Shown here in pieces: positions 25,625-39,940 of a DNA stretch of 64,000 nt. The notes beneath the pieces are model-generated. The model searched no databases and had not been told where the DNA came from. It saw only the letters and a program-made list of their open reading frames with translations. Source of the DNA: Octopus vulgaris (Eukaryota); NCBI GenBank assembly GCA_951406725.2, contig OX597814.1:80538001-80602000 (forward strand), in the 5' to 3' direction. A program made the translations under genes and the position numbers. The first letter of the stretch is position 1. Each line of letters begins with the position of its first letter.

Positions 25625-26152
25625 TGCTGCAAACATAGCAGACCTGATATTGTTCTGTGAGACAGGGAAAAAAAGCCATGCACTGTTGTAGAGGTCAGCT
25701 GCCCAGCAGATGTGAATATACAGTCAAAAGTCCAAGAAAAACAGAATATTTATGGTGAATTAATGCAAAACTTTCAGCCCTTGTACCCTGACAATAAATT
25801 CTCATTTGCACCTATCATCATATGCGCATTAGGTTATATACCAACAAATTTGCACAAAAACCTAGAAATACTCAGTTTCACAGACAAAGAGCAAAAGAAG
25901 CTGATGTGGATTCTTCAAATCCAAGCTATTAGTGGCATGGTGAAGATTTGTAAGACGTTCCAAAAATTCACCATGTGAGATTCTCATGTGGATAGATGCA
26001 CAGATTTGGGTGTAAGCATCGACAGTACAACCAACTCTACCACATATTTACAAACCCCAAGAATGCCCTTAACTCAAAAAGTCTTGTCACTTTGTTTGCA
26101 ACTGGCTTGAACTCCCTCAAGAAGAACTTAAATTAAACTCAAAGAAAAATCA
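25625..26152 (+). mobile_element. R4/Dong-like (RLE) LINE 3' end terminating at (CATA)n
   Basis: CKHSRPDIVL..CTVVEVSCPADVNI..K..IYGEL..PIIICALG, a restriction-like endonuclease motif. Confidence 0.82.
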
Positions 26153-26217
26153 TTCATACATACATACATACATACAAATGCCTTACAGATTTTTATTGTC
26201 CCAGATATAATGAGCAT

Positions 26218-26598
26218 TTAAGGGCATTCATGGGGTTTGTAAATATGTGGTAGAGTTGGTTGTACTGTCGATCCTTACATCCAAATCTGTGCATCTGTCC
26301 ACATGAGAATCTCACATGGTGAATTTTTGGAACGTCTTACAAATCTTCACCATGTCACTAATAGCTTGGATTTGAAGAATCCACATCAGCTTCTTTTGCT
26401 CTTTGTCTGTGAAACTGAGTATTTCTAGGTTTTTGTGCAAATTTGTTGGTATATAACCTAATGCACATATGATGATGGGTGGAAATGAGAATTTATTGTC
26501 AGGGTACAAGGGCTGGTAGTTTTGCATTAATTTGCCATAAATGTTGTTTTTCTTGGACTTTTGACTGTATATTCACATCTGCTGGGCAGCTGACCTCT
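26218..26598 (-). mobile_element. Inverted second copy of the same RLE LINE fragment
   Basis: Reverse complement of 25690-26072. ORF 26312-26527 is nearly identical to ORF 25712-25978. Confidence 0.9.
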
Positions 26599-26601
26599 TA
26601 A

Positions 26602-26818
26602 ACCTTTCACCGTATTTATTTTGAGATACTCTGTGTTTCTTTGAATTACTTTAAATATAACAAAGAATTTAGTAAAATAGCCTAGTTATCATTCATCTAG
26701 TGTTAGGAACATAAATTGTGACTAAGGTTTGGTGGCAGATTTTAATTCAAGACTTATAAAAACAAGACATTTGTTCTCAGAGCCAGAGATGGTTTCAGTC
26801 AGGTTGGTAAAGAAAGGG
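26602..26818. mobile_element. piggyBac-like MITE
   Basis: TTAA|acctttc ... gaaaggg|TTAA. Confidence 0.65.
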
Positions 26819-27447
26819 TTAAGATTTAAAGGATGATGAAGAAAACAGGATGCTTTCCTTCACAACCTTGCTACCAAGCAGATGACCAGTCAAACTTTAT
26901 TCTATTATAAAGACAAAGAGCACACACACACACACACACACACACACATCAGTTTCCAATGATGTCCAGTACTACATACACTACCACCCAATATGAACTT
27001 ACAAATTATTGATTCTTATCAGTACCTTCCAAATGAACTTATATATGCATCAGTTCTGACAAACTATATTGTTAGTGGTAAGAACGAACAATATAATTAT
27101 AATGCCTAACTGTATTAATCTAATGTTCACTAAGATTTTACTATGAAATAGAAATATTTCTCCACTTTACTTTCATCTCTTTTATCTAATCTTATATTCT
27201 CGTGTTTTTTCTTTTCCTTTTTTCTAATTTATTTCTCACTTATTTCTGTTTTGTTATTTATTTTTAGGTTTTATATTTTCATTCTTTTTATATGAAAGTG
27301 CTTTGTTTTAAGGTTATGTTGTTTTGTCTTTTTTCAATGTTTCTTTTACTTTTATTTCCCAGAATAAGTTCATATTATTAGTGTGTGTGTATGTGTATAT
27401 ATATTGCAAGATATTATTTATATATATGTATATATGTATACTGCAAG

Positions 27448-27520
<73 letters not shown>

Positions 27521-27638
27521 TATAAGTGTGTGAGTGTGTAAATATAACAAAGTTAATTAACTGCTCAGATGGCATAAAGATCATGCAATTGACTCAATAT
27601 CTGCTTTCTTGTATGAAATAAATATCTCACCATCTTAC

Positions 27639-27677
<39 letters not shown>

Positions 27678-27975
27678 TGCACATGCACATGCAGACATAT
27701 TACATACACACACATATACATGTCTAATATATATAAATACCTGCTTACATATATATATGCATAGATAAACAGCCGCAACACACACACACACACACACACA
27801 CAGACATGTTTGCACACACATACCCACACATACCTCCTTCTCTTGCACTCTCCTGTCTTTGAAAGAACTTTTTCTTCACCCATTCCCTTCCGGTCATTTC
27901 AATATGTGACTACATGTGTATCATTGGTGATTTTCTTTCTCCTTCTTCCCTTCCTTGGACCTTTCCTTTTTCTAT

Positions 27976-28010
27976 GTTTCTGACGAAGAGCTCTGCTCGA
28001 AACATTAAAT
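27976..28010 (+). ncRNA. Minimal hammerhead motif in PLE terminal repeat (about 27800-28115)
   Basis: gttt CTGACGA a gagc-tct-gctc GAAA catt aaat. A homologous copy lies on the minus strand at 46165-46199. Confidence 0.7.
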
Positions 28011-28710
28011 TATCCATCTTTCTTTCCTTTCCTGAGCTTCCAATAACACTATACTTGTCCCATATCCTCGTGTTGTTTTGTTTTCTCTTTGTTCATGTTT
28101 GGATTAACTATATATTAGTGTATGTATGTGTGTATGTGTGTGTGTGTATGCGCGCGTGTGTGTGTGTGTGTGTGTGTGTGTACATGCATTTATGTATATA
28201 CATATATAAGCATTTGTGTCATAAGAAGTTTGCTTTCCAACTACATGGTTCTGGGTTCAGTCCTGCTGCAAGGCACCTTCGGCAAACATCTTCCATTATA
28301 GCCTTAGGCCAACCAAAGACTTGTAAGTAGATTTTGTAGGCAGAAACTGAACGAAGCCTCTCATATATATATATATTTGTGAGTGCATGTGTGTCTTTGT
28401 GTCTGTGTTTATCCCCCACCACCACCACCACCACCACCACCATTTGACAGACAATGCTGGTATCTTTATGTCCCGGCAAAAGAGACCAATAGAGTAAGTT
28501 CCAGGCTTTAAAAAATAAGCTCTGGGATCAATTTTTTCGACTAAAATTCTTCTTCTTCTTCTCTGCCAAGAATTCACAACCCACAAGAGTAAACAAGAGA
28601 GACAGAGACAAGCAGAAGCAAGGAAAATGCCCCTAGTATTTGAATACTATGCAAATATTCTTTTAAAAAACTTTTCATTTAATTTTTCCAAAATTTAATT
28701 GTTTTCCATA

Positions 28711-28753
28711 TTCACAGTTGAAAAAGTCTCAATGACTGAAACCGGTACTGAAA
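28711..28753 (+). ncRNA. Minimal hammerhead ribozyme candidate, U3-A8 core variant
   Basis: cag TTGAAAA agtc-tcaat-gact GAAA ccgGTA ctg. The fragment ends in (TA)n at about 28838. Confidence 0.7.
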
Positions 28754-28835
28754 TGTTTTTTATAAAATTATCTTAGCATTTTCTACCTTGACTTTTTTTC
28801 ATATGTATCAACTCGTGTGTTCCTTTTCAACCTTC

Positions 28836-28869
<34 letters not shown>

Positions 28870-28872
<3 letters not shown>

Positions 28873-30620
28873 CCCTTCCATTGTAGTTAAAGAATGCAAG
28901 CCAATAGTGGTATCCTGTTTGCTAAAGATCTCATTCTAAAAAATCTTCTAAATTACCCTAATTAATATTTTATAACCTTATACAACTAGATAATATTGTT
29001 TAAAAGTTTTTGAAGAAATTACTTGATTTCTCTTTCTCTCAAATAGCGCTACCCTCCTGATCTTAGTATGTATAAGGAAGCTTTATATAAATAGCATTTT
29101 TGGTAAGTATCAACTAGAAAATATAAATTATCATGTAAGGCTTAATAATAGCAATTTCTTAAACCTATAATAAAACCCATAATTTTATAAAAATATTTGT
29201 TGATAATAAAATTCTTGTCCAATAACTTAATCATTTCTTTACCTGACATTAAACTTTAATCATTTATAGATATTCTCATGACAAGTAAATATAATTTTTA
29301 GTCTAACATTTGGAATTATAAATTTTTTTCTAACAAATTACCTTACCTATTGATGTAAATAAGCTAAATATACCTTACAATAGTTGTTTTGGAATATAAA
29401 TCTTTTTACCCTTTGTCTAAAATATTCTAAAAAGAATTATATTTTCATTTTATTTTATTTTTTATTTCTTTACTTTAAAACCAATCTCTTATCTGTTTAT
29501 TTACTATATTACTTTATTTAATATATCTCTATAAATTTCATACTCAGCTTATATAAAACTATGCTGGTATATTTACTGTTTATAATATAAGAAATATGCT
29601 CAGACTAAAATTGTTAATATTTAATATATAAATTTTAGCATATTCCTTTAACTTAACTTTCCTTTATTAATACCAATAATTACCATTTAATAAATAACTA
29701 TAAATATATGTTAAGATAATATATAAATATATAAATATGGAATTATTTCTATATTTTCTGTCCCCCTATTGTGTAAATTTTTTTGATAATACTGAAAGTA
29801 TTCAGAAATATTCTTCTTAGTACTCTAAAATGTATCTGTGTATATACAAATAACATTGTTTTATAGTAGGTAAATATTAAATTCTATATGATTTCACTCT
29901 CCCTGTCCCATAAGCATTAGCCTTCAAATTTAGCTGCTATAATCTTGTCTGAAATATATTATTACTGAACCAAATGGTTTTACTTCAAAGAAATCTTGAT
30001 TTATGACATTGCCACTTAAATTGTCTATCTATTTTGCCCTATCCATAAAGGATATATTCTAGTTTCTCTTAGATTTGATAAACTAGTCTATAAATTAAAC
30101 CCCCTCCCCCCACCACCACCACAAGTAAATCTAAATAACAGAAATAAGCAGTGATAAGCAGTGTCTTTTTAAAAAAAATCTCAGTTACAACTGTGAAATT
30201 GTTGATAAAACATGTTCTTTGTCTATCTACTTATTCTCTTTGTGATTTTGGATAAAAAGAAAATTATACAAATGATTCCTTCGAATTTAACTAAATTCTA
30301 TATTTTTATGCAGCTGAAGATTGCTCTACATTTTAAATTGATGTAATATTTGCATTGTTCAATTAAATGGAGTCACATGAAACGATCATACTGCATTACC
30401 TCTGTATATCCTTGTTACTTAGGGTAAAATTAATTTATAATCAATAATTTTACCAAGTAGTTCAGTATGTTAAAAGAACCATTATCGGTAAACTTAAACA
30501 AAAATTTTTTATAATTATGAGTATAATTATAATTAAGGTTCAGCAAAAATTTGCTTAACCATATACTGAAATTTAGAAATAGCAGTTAAAACTAACTATT
30601 TCACTACCATAAGAAAATCT
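28870..30620 (+). mobile_element. Probable decayed, very AT-rich PLE ending in a hammerhead-bearing terminal repeat
   Basis: Starts at (TA)n, is extremely AT-rich, and has a hammerhead at 30308-30396. No readable ORF. Confidence 0.4.
30308..30396 (+). ncRNA. Hammerhead motif with long stem II
   Basis: atgcag CTGAAGA [58-nt imperfect hairpin] GAAA cgatcaTA ctgcat. Stem I is a perfect 6 bp. Confidence 0.65.
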
Positions 30621-33600
30621 ATATACATCATCATCATCATCTGCTATTTTTTTTTTCATGGGATGAGTAGGTCAGCAGTATTCTATATTACCAACCCTTT
30701 CAGTGTTCTCTATAATCTCATTTATGCAATCTAACTGCATCATTTCATCCCATATTCTTTCTTCCCTAGTCTTTGTCTAGCACAGACAACTTCCACTCTC
30801 AACATCATAAGGTACATTTTTACCCACATCTCATTATAGACTCGTGTTTTACACTCATACCACAATGATCATCACAAACATAATACTGAGTTTATATTTT
30901 GCAATGCTCTTAGCATATTTTTCTAGTTGGCAGAAAAATTAGTTGCCCAGCACACATCACTAGATGTGATCTCCCTGTAACCACTATGAGGCAGATTTAA
31001 ATTTGAATTGTCAATTAAGTTAAGTTGTTTTTGCGGTAACCAAAAGAAGAGCAACGATCAATGATCAGGGATCTATATTCAGTGATTTTTTTTTCTGCAG
31101 GATGAAGATGAGTCAAGGATTAAAATCCATCAAAGGCCTTCAGTTAATGACAGAAACAGAATTTTACAATTGCAAACTGTCTACAAAACATCATCATCAT
31201 CGTCATCGTCATCATCATCATCATCATCATCATCATTACCACCACGACCACCACCACCAAAACCACTAACAACCACCACTACCATCATCACCATCCTTCA
31301 ATATCCATGTTCCATGCTATCCTGAGTTAGATGGTTTGACAGGATCAAACGAGCCCAAGACACTATTATACTCCAGTGTCTGCTTTGTCATTCTATAAAG
31401 CAGTTGGCACTATGGCTGGATACTCTTCTTAATGCCAACCACTTTACAGCATGCACTGGGTGCGTTTTCCATGCCACCAACACTAGTGGAGTCACCATAC
31501 AGCTTGCAAGGCTACAAGCAAGTATTACACATCAGGAAACAGCCAGACATCAGGCCATGTCCTATAATAATGACAACACTGAATGATTTTGTGACATGGT
31601 TGTGTTAAAGAAAAGGTGACTTTTGTTGAAGTGAAAATATACAAATATATCGTAGTTCTGCCTATGAAACTATCCACAACAAATTTGACTGGGGTTAATA
31701 TAATGACAATTTAATTACATTTCAAGTTCAAACTTGTATTGTTGTGTCTTGTGGGAGACTGCATTTAGTGACATACATACAATTAATTTTCCCACCAACA
31801 GGGAAAAAATTGTAAGTGCGTTGCGGATTTTAAATTACTTATGCAGATTTCCTTTGGAGAAAACAGAAAGGAGAGTGGCCTTGGCTAATGCAATAACAAT
31901 GACAACTTAATTAAATGTTCAAGTTCAAACTTGAACCATAATGATTGGAGAGAAGTGACTAATTTTGCTGTCAATATGAAAAAATACTGAGTGTTTGGCA
32001 AATGATTACGGACAAACTCTTGTAATTACCATTGTTTATATTAACTTCAGTGTCTGTCTACTCTCTCATCTCGTTTATCCTCATTTTTCATGCAAGTTAA
32101 TATTACAGTTCTCACAAATTATGCTCAACCTTTCTCTCTAGCCTCTTGCAGGTTTTTCCTATTCCGTATCTATGCTTATGCTTCCCTGTCATTAACACAA
32201 ATGTTCTAATATTTTGTACACAGAGAGAACCCTTTTTTTACAGGTAGGGCTAACACACTGCCCACTTTAATCTCCAGCATTTGGTCTTTGGGTTCTTTTA
32301 GGAGTGACATTCACAATGCTGTAAGTATTCGGACAAAACTCTCCTTGCTCGAACATTTCCTTTTTAACTTGCTGAGCATGGAGAAAGGGACAGTAACTCA
32401 CAGACTTTGGAAGCCATTCAAGCTTGGTGAAAATGAATGATGCTATCAATGTTCAACTTAAACCATTACAAGTCAACACACACAGGAAAGACATAAGAAA
32501 GGAGATAACACAGGGCCAACATTTTGGATAAGAATGATTGTGAATAGTCATCAGAGTAGGTTCTAAGTGGGAGTTGAACACAACATAGCAGATGAGAGAA
32601 GCAGGAACAAGTGAGGAGGGATTGCCTGTGTGGACATAGTACAAGTCCAGCCAGTTCAAAGGCCCATGGCTGTTATATTTACAGTAGAAAAGACAGAGGA
32701 AGAAGACAGCATACCTGTGGGCCAAAGACTGGAATGTACTGGTGAGTGATTCTATGACCTTCTCTTCATCTCTTCACGTAATTTAGAATTGGCTTACTTC
32801 TCTACCTATAGACTACTCTACAAATGTTCACATGGGGCATCAAGTGAACCAGTATCACACCAGTCTAGGAGGACCTATAAAGTCATTGTCACACTCTCTT
32901 TCCACCCCTGAATAACTTACCTTCTCACCACTACCATCACCATCACTAAATAAAAGAAATATATAATAGCTTAATAAATTCTCCTCAGCAATTTCTTACT
33001 CCAGTTAATATTTTCATTCACCTGACAGAATTGTTGGCATGATGAGTAAAATGCTTAGTGACATTTCATTCATCTTTACATTTTGAGTTCAAATCCTGCC
33101 AAGGTCAGCTTTGTCCTTCAACCTTTCAGAGTTGATAAGATATGTACCAGCTGAATACTGGGATCAATGAAATTACTGGCCTCGTGCCACAATTAGAAAC
33201 CAATATAGTCTTTCACTGCAAATACCTAACTACAGCACTGACTAATTACTGAAAACCATAAACCAACAACTACATCTAGTGAACCAGCTCAACCAGTTTC
33301 TGGTCCTATCTCCAAGGGTATATGTACTGTTAAGTATGCCTGCACATCAAAGCTATATATTCAAACCGTTAGCATTAAACTTTGGTGTGAAAATATTGCT
33401 CTATCTGATGACATGACTGGGCAAATATTCAAGAGATGTAATGTCATTTCTTGAAGCAATGTATCAATTAACAGTAGTTGATCAATCATTCAATAATTTC
33501 ACCAAGGTGATGTATTAATTGATAAAAGTGGAAAGAGTGATTGCAATACACCTAAACTCTCTTGTGTGTGTTTATGCCAAACACTGAGAAGTTCTCTTTA

Positions 33601-33689
33601 ATTCATACCGACTTTAACTCTGTTTTTGCATACTTGTGTTTATAGCTATTCACACACACAATACATACATACATATATATATAGTTATA

Positions 33690-33731
<42 letters not shown>

Positions 33732-33745
33732 CACACACATATACA

Positions 33746-33826
<81 letters not shown>

Positions 33827-33921
33827 CGCACACACATATATATATATATATATACATATATCTATACACACATATATATACATATATATATATACATATA
33901 TATATATACATATATATATAT

Positions 33922-33952
<31 letters not shown>

Positions 33953-33953
33953 C

Positions 33954-34001
<48 letters not shown>

Positions 34002-34264
34002 ATATATGCATAAACACATATATATGTATGTATATGTGTGTGTGTATGTGTATGTGTGTGAGCATGTGTGTGTGTGTAAATAATTCTCTTTTGCTCTCCC
34101 TCTGTCCATCTTTCCATCCATCAATCTCTCCAGCCACAGAAACTATGAATATTTGCCAATAACAGTCTTAACAATAGCCAGTATATTTAGCTCACTGGTT
34201 GTTCTTTGTACAGAAAATAGAGCACAAGTACACACTGTATGAATTACAGTAGGGATTGTGTGCA

Positions 34265-34326
<62 letters not shown>

Positions 34327-36152
34327 GGAAAGAGATAAATAGATAAATATATAGCTACATACATACATACATACATACATACATACATACATACATACAT
34401 ACATACATACATACATACATACATACATACAAATGTATTTGCATACATAAATTAATAACTATAAATTAATATACATACACGTCATCATCATCATTTAATA
34501 TCAATTTTACATGCTGGCATGAGTTGGACAGTTTAACAGGAGCTGGCTAGACAGAAAACAGTTTAACAGGAGCTGGCTAGGCAGAAGACTGCACCAGTTG
34601 GTTAGGCAGAAAACAGTCTAACAGGAGCTGGCTAGGCAGAAGACTGCACATGGTTTTTACGGCTTGATGCCCTTATCAACTCCAACAATTTTACAGAATG
34701 GACTGAGTGTTTTTTATGTGGCAGCAGCACCAGCAAAGTCTGTTTTGGCATGATTTTTACAGCTGGATGCCCTTCCAAATACCAACCATTTTACAGTATG
34801 TACTGGATGCAGCAGCACTGGCAGGGTGACCAAGTAATTTGCAAGACAAAAATCCTTTGAGTGGTCGGAGGGCTTTGGAGGAAGTGGCCTTGTGCCAAGT
34901 GATGAAAGGTTAGAGGGAGCGTAACAGAGGGATAGAAATACACATACATACACACACACACACACATATGAAAAGCTCAGAATATAAAGATTTGGACCAA
35001 ATACCACAAGGTATTTTGTCAAACAATTCAACAATTCAATACTTCTGCCAATCCACTGCCTTTTACTAGTACCCTGTTTTGTCAATCCCGGAAAAGGGAA
35101 CTACAAAATTGCATTTAGCAGAATTTGATCTTATCATCGTTACCACCACTATCCTCAATATCATCATCATTTAACATTCATGTTGCCAGTATCAGATGGG
35201 CCCAAGGACTGCTTTGTGCGTCAGTGTCTTTGAAATGGTTTGTACTATTTGGCTGCTCTTTCTAACATAAACCACTTTACAGCATATACTGGGTGCACTT
35301 TTTTTCTTATGTCAACAACACTAATAAGATCATTATGCAGCTTGCAAGACTACTAACCCCACGTGTGTGCAATCTTATGCTAGGAGATAAGTAACGAAGA
35401 GGGGTAAAGTATGAGCGAAAAGGGCCGGAGCAAAGCAGGTTTCTTGCTATCAAGGAGCTACATAACAACTCACATTTTAGAAGAGAAAGTAGAAGTGATT
35501 GAGTGGAGATAGGAAACGACAAAAATAAATAGTTGTGATGAGGTATCAGGGTGGACCTTCAAGGTATAAAATGGGTAGGAATGAGTGGGACAGAGAAGCT
35601 AGAAGTGAGTAGAGTGAGTAGGGGATGTCTGAGAGTGTGGAGCAACAGAATAGAAATGATGATACAATATACAGGATGATGAAAGAGAGATGACATGCTG
35701 TTGGGTAGGTTGCAAGTGGATGGGGAAGAGAGAAGCAGATGCTGTAAGGCATTTGCTCAATGCCCTAACAATTCTGCCAAGCTGCTGCTCTGATGTGATC
35801 TATCTTTACCAATTACCTTTCATTTGTTTCAGTCATTGGACTGCAGCCATGCTGGGCTACTGCCTTGAAGGGCTGAAGTCAAATAAATTGACCCCAGTAA
35901 TTATTCTAGTGTCTTCTATCTCTCTGTTATAATTTACTTGCTTCAGTTATTGGACTGCAGCCATGCTGGGGCACTACCTTAAAAGGTTTAAGCCAAATAA
36001 ATTAACCTCAGTAATTATTTTCTTCAGTCTGGTAATTATTCTATCAATTTCTCTTGCCAAACAGCTTAGTTATGGGGCTGGAAACAAACAAATGCTGATT
36101 GCCAAGTGGTGATGGGGACAAACATATATATATATAAACACACACGTGCACG

Positions 36153-36192
<40 letters not shown>

Positions 36193-38043
36193 CACACACA
36201 CACACACACTCACACACACACACACACATATATATAGATACAAGTTTTCACACAGTTTCTGTCTACCAAAATCTTTCACAATTCATTAGTCAGCCTGGGG
36301 CTATAATAGAAGACACTTGCCCAAGATGTCATGCAGTGACACTGAACTCAAAACCATCTGGTTGCAAAGTGAGCTTCTTAACTACACAGCCAAGCTACTG
36401 CAATAGCATTTCATGTTATTGACAAAAGATCAAAGAAAAAAGGCAAAGTTTGAACTTGGTAGGATTTCAGCTCAGCATGTACAGATTCAGAACAAAACAA
36501 CTGAAGGCATTTTGCCAATAGTCTAAAAGAAACACTAAGCTACTGTACTGGACAGTGCTGGTGTTATTTTATCAACACCAGAAGGATGAAAGGTAAAATT
36601 AAGTTCAGAAGTATTAGAACTCAAAATATAAAATGCCATAACAAATACCACAAAGATGTATAGTCCAAGGCCATAACCATTCTACCAGTTCACAAGCTCA
36701 GTCATAATTCTTTCTATTCTGGGCATATCAATCTCATCATCATCATCATCACTTAACATCCTTTTTTTCCTTACTAGCATAGGTTAAATGGCTTGACTGG
36801 AGCTGATAATCTAGAAAGCTGCACATGCTCCAGTCATTGGTTTTGGCTTGGTTTCTACAGCTGGATGCCCTTCCTAATGCCAGCCACATTACAGACTGTA
36901 CTGGGTGTCTTTCACATGTCACCAGCACAAGTGCTCTTTATGTGGCACTGGCATGGGTACCTTTTATGTGTCACTGACTCAGTGCCCGTTTATGTCTCAT
37001 CAGCCCAAGTGCCTTTTACACATCACCAGCACAGGTGCCATTTTATATTTCACCAGCCTGGGTGCCATTTATATATCACTGACACAGGTACATTTCACAT
37101 GTCACTCAACTTGACGTGTCTCCTCAAGCACAGCAAGTCATCAGAAGCCTCAGTCCCTTGCCATCTCCTCTGAGAGACTAAATAACTAAAGATCATATTT
37201 CACCACCTCATCCCATATCTTCCTGGTTCCATCCCTTCCACAAGTTCCATCATGCACAAGACATGAAATTCTGAGATAGGGAACAAGTCAATTTACATCA
37301 ACACCATTACTTAGCTGGTACTTTATTTTCATGATCCTGAAAGGAAGAAAGGCAAAGTCAGCCTTGGTGACATTTGAACTCAGGATGCAAGGCTCAAAGA
37401 AATATTGCTAACCATTTTGTCTGGAGAGATTAATGATTCGAACAGCTTGCCGCCATCTCAGTAATAATGTTGCAGAATATATATTGCACATAATTAATTC
37501 TGAAACTGTTGTAAAAACAATAATGAAAAAAATATAGAAATAAAAAGCAAACATCAATTAATTCATTAAATCAATCGTCAAAGTAATTTATATTCATCTT
37601 TCTGATTGCATTCAATTAATATGGTTCACTGTGGCTTTTTACTTTTGCTTTTAATATTTGCGTAGCACTCAGCAACATGCTGCTCCAAGTACACCACCAA
37701 ACACCACCACCACCACCACAACTACTACTATCATGAGACAGTGAGGGAGACTATGTTGTTACTTGACTTAGATAACTTAGATATGTTTCGACCAGAGATT
37801 GGTCCAGGCCATGTCTAACATAATAGCACCAGCTGAATTGCTAGAAAAAGCAACCAAATCAACATTAAAACATTCCCCCACTACCATGTCAAACAAGATA
37901 TGCTAGATAATATGGTCCTGAGTTCCTAACACCTTGTAAGACGATGTGATGGTCATGGTAAGAAAACAGACTGTTCAGTGAGGACTGACTTGGAGTTAAA
38001 CAATATCAGCAATAGCAACTGCAACTACTACTACTACTACTAC

Positions 38044-38100
<57 letters not shown>

Positions 38101-38173
38101 TGATGATGATAATAACAACAACAACAACAACAACAACAACACTAACAATAATAACAATAACAACAACAATAAA

Positions 38174-38256
<83 letters not shown>

Positions 38257-38548
38257 TGATGATAATAACAACAACAACAGCAACAACAACAACACTAACA
38301 ATAATAACAATAACAACAATAATGATAATAATGAAAATAATTTTTTTCTGCTATAGGCACATGGCCTGAAATTTTGGAGGTGGGAGTAGTCGATTACATC
38401 GACCCCAGTGCGTAACTGGCACTTATTTTATTGACTCTGAAAGGATAAAAGGCAAAGTTGATCTTGATAGAATTTCAATTCAGAACATAATGATGGATGA
38501 AATACTGCTAAGTACTTTTCCCAGTATGCTAACGATTCTGCTAATTCA

Positions 38549-38660
38549 CTGCCTTAAGCTATTACTACTACTACTACTACTACTACTATGAATAATAATA
38601 ATAATGATGATGATAATGATGATGATGATGAGGAGGAGGAGGATGACTGCCTTAAGCTAT

Positions 38661-38741
<81 letters not shown>

Positions 38742-38838
38742 TGATGATAATGATGATGATGATGAGGAGGAGGAGGATGACTGCCTTAAGCTATTACTAC
38801 TACTACTACTACTAATAATAATAATAATAATAATAATG

Positions 38839-38890
<52 letters not shown>

Positions 38891-38915
38891 TGATGATGAT
38901 GATGATGATAATAAT
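38549..38915. repeat. Higher-order repeat of compound microsatellites
   Basis: The anchor ctgccttaagctat recurs at about 38549, 38647 and 38781. Each is followed by (tac)n(aat)n(gat)n, and the first two also by (gag)n. Confidence 0.9.
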
Positions 38916-39399
38916 CAAAAATCAAAATCATAAGCAAATCAAGATCAAAATCAAAATGGAAATTGTAGTTGTGTCCGATGCCAGTGCCACCTGACTGGTA
39001 CCCATGCTGGTGGCACGTAATAAGCACTATTCAAGCATGGGTCGATGTCAGTGCCGCCTGACTGGCTCTGTGCTGGTGGTACATAAAAACACCATCCGAA
39101 CATGGTTGATGTCAGTCCCCACCCCACTGATTGACTCCTGTGCTGGTGGAACATAAAAAGCACCATCCAAATGTGGCCGATGCCAGTGCCACCTGACTGG
39201 CTCCCATGCTAGTGTCATGTAAAAAGCACCCACTACACTCTTGGAGTGGTTGGTGTTAGGAAGGGCATCTAGCTGTAGAAACCTTGCCAGATCAGATTGG
39301 AACTTGGTGCAGCCTGCTGGCTTGTCAGTCTCCAGTCAAACCATCCAACCCATGCCAGCTTGGAAAACAGATGTTAAACGATGATGATGACGATGATTG

Positions 39400-39876
39400 T
39401 ACAAAAATCTTCAGTATTCAAGATGTTGGCATGAAACAGAAAACAATGTCAATGATAACTTGAGCATGGGGTCTGATAAAAACTGTTTTAACAAAAATGT
39501 AGAAACTATACCTGGACCCTCAACACTACACACTATCCAAAAGTAGCCCTGCTGGGAATAGCCCACATCAATTCAATAGTACAACCTAAATAAAAAACAA
39601 TCTACAAACACAAGAAACACTCTATACAGTAAATATCCAATAAAATAAACAGCCACCACATGTACTCTACAGGCCAGATACCCAACACAAGAAAACAACT
39701 CACATTACACATAATACAAACACTAGTACAACAATAGACTCAAGCCAAACCCCATAACAAAAACAATACAGAGAATAGTTTATACTCCCATAACAAAGCA
39801 AAAAACAAAAACACACAATACTGCGTACTCTTCAGCAACATAGAGGTGATGCAATAGAAATTTGCCTGAAATCTCA

Positions 39877-39880
<4 letters not shown>
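39400..39880 (+). mobile_element. Decayed R4/Dong-like 3' end running into (AAT)n
   Basis: With frameshifts it reads ..GLIK..IPGPSTLHTIQKVALLGIAHI, followed by a UTR and (aat)n. Confidence 0.55.

Positions 39881-39940
<60 letters not shown>

Noticed and set aside
28870-30100. Mitochondrial insertion (NUMT)
   Set aside because: AT-rich, but I recognised no mitochondrial gene or rRNA motif.
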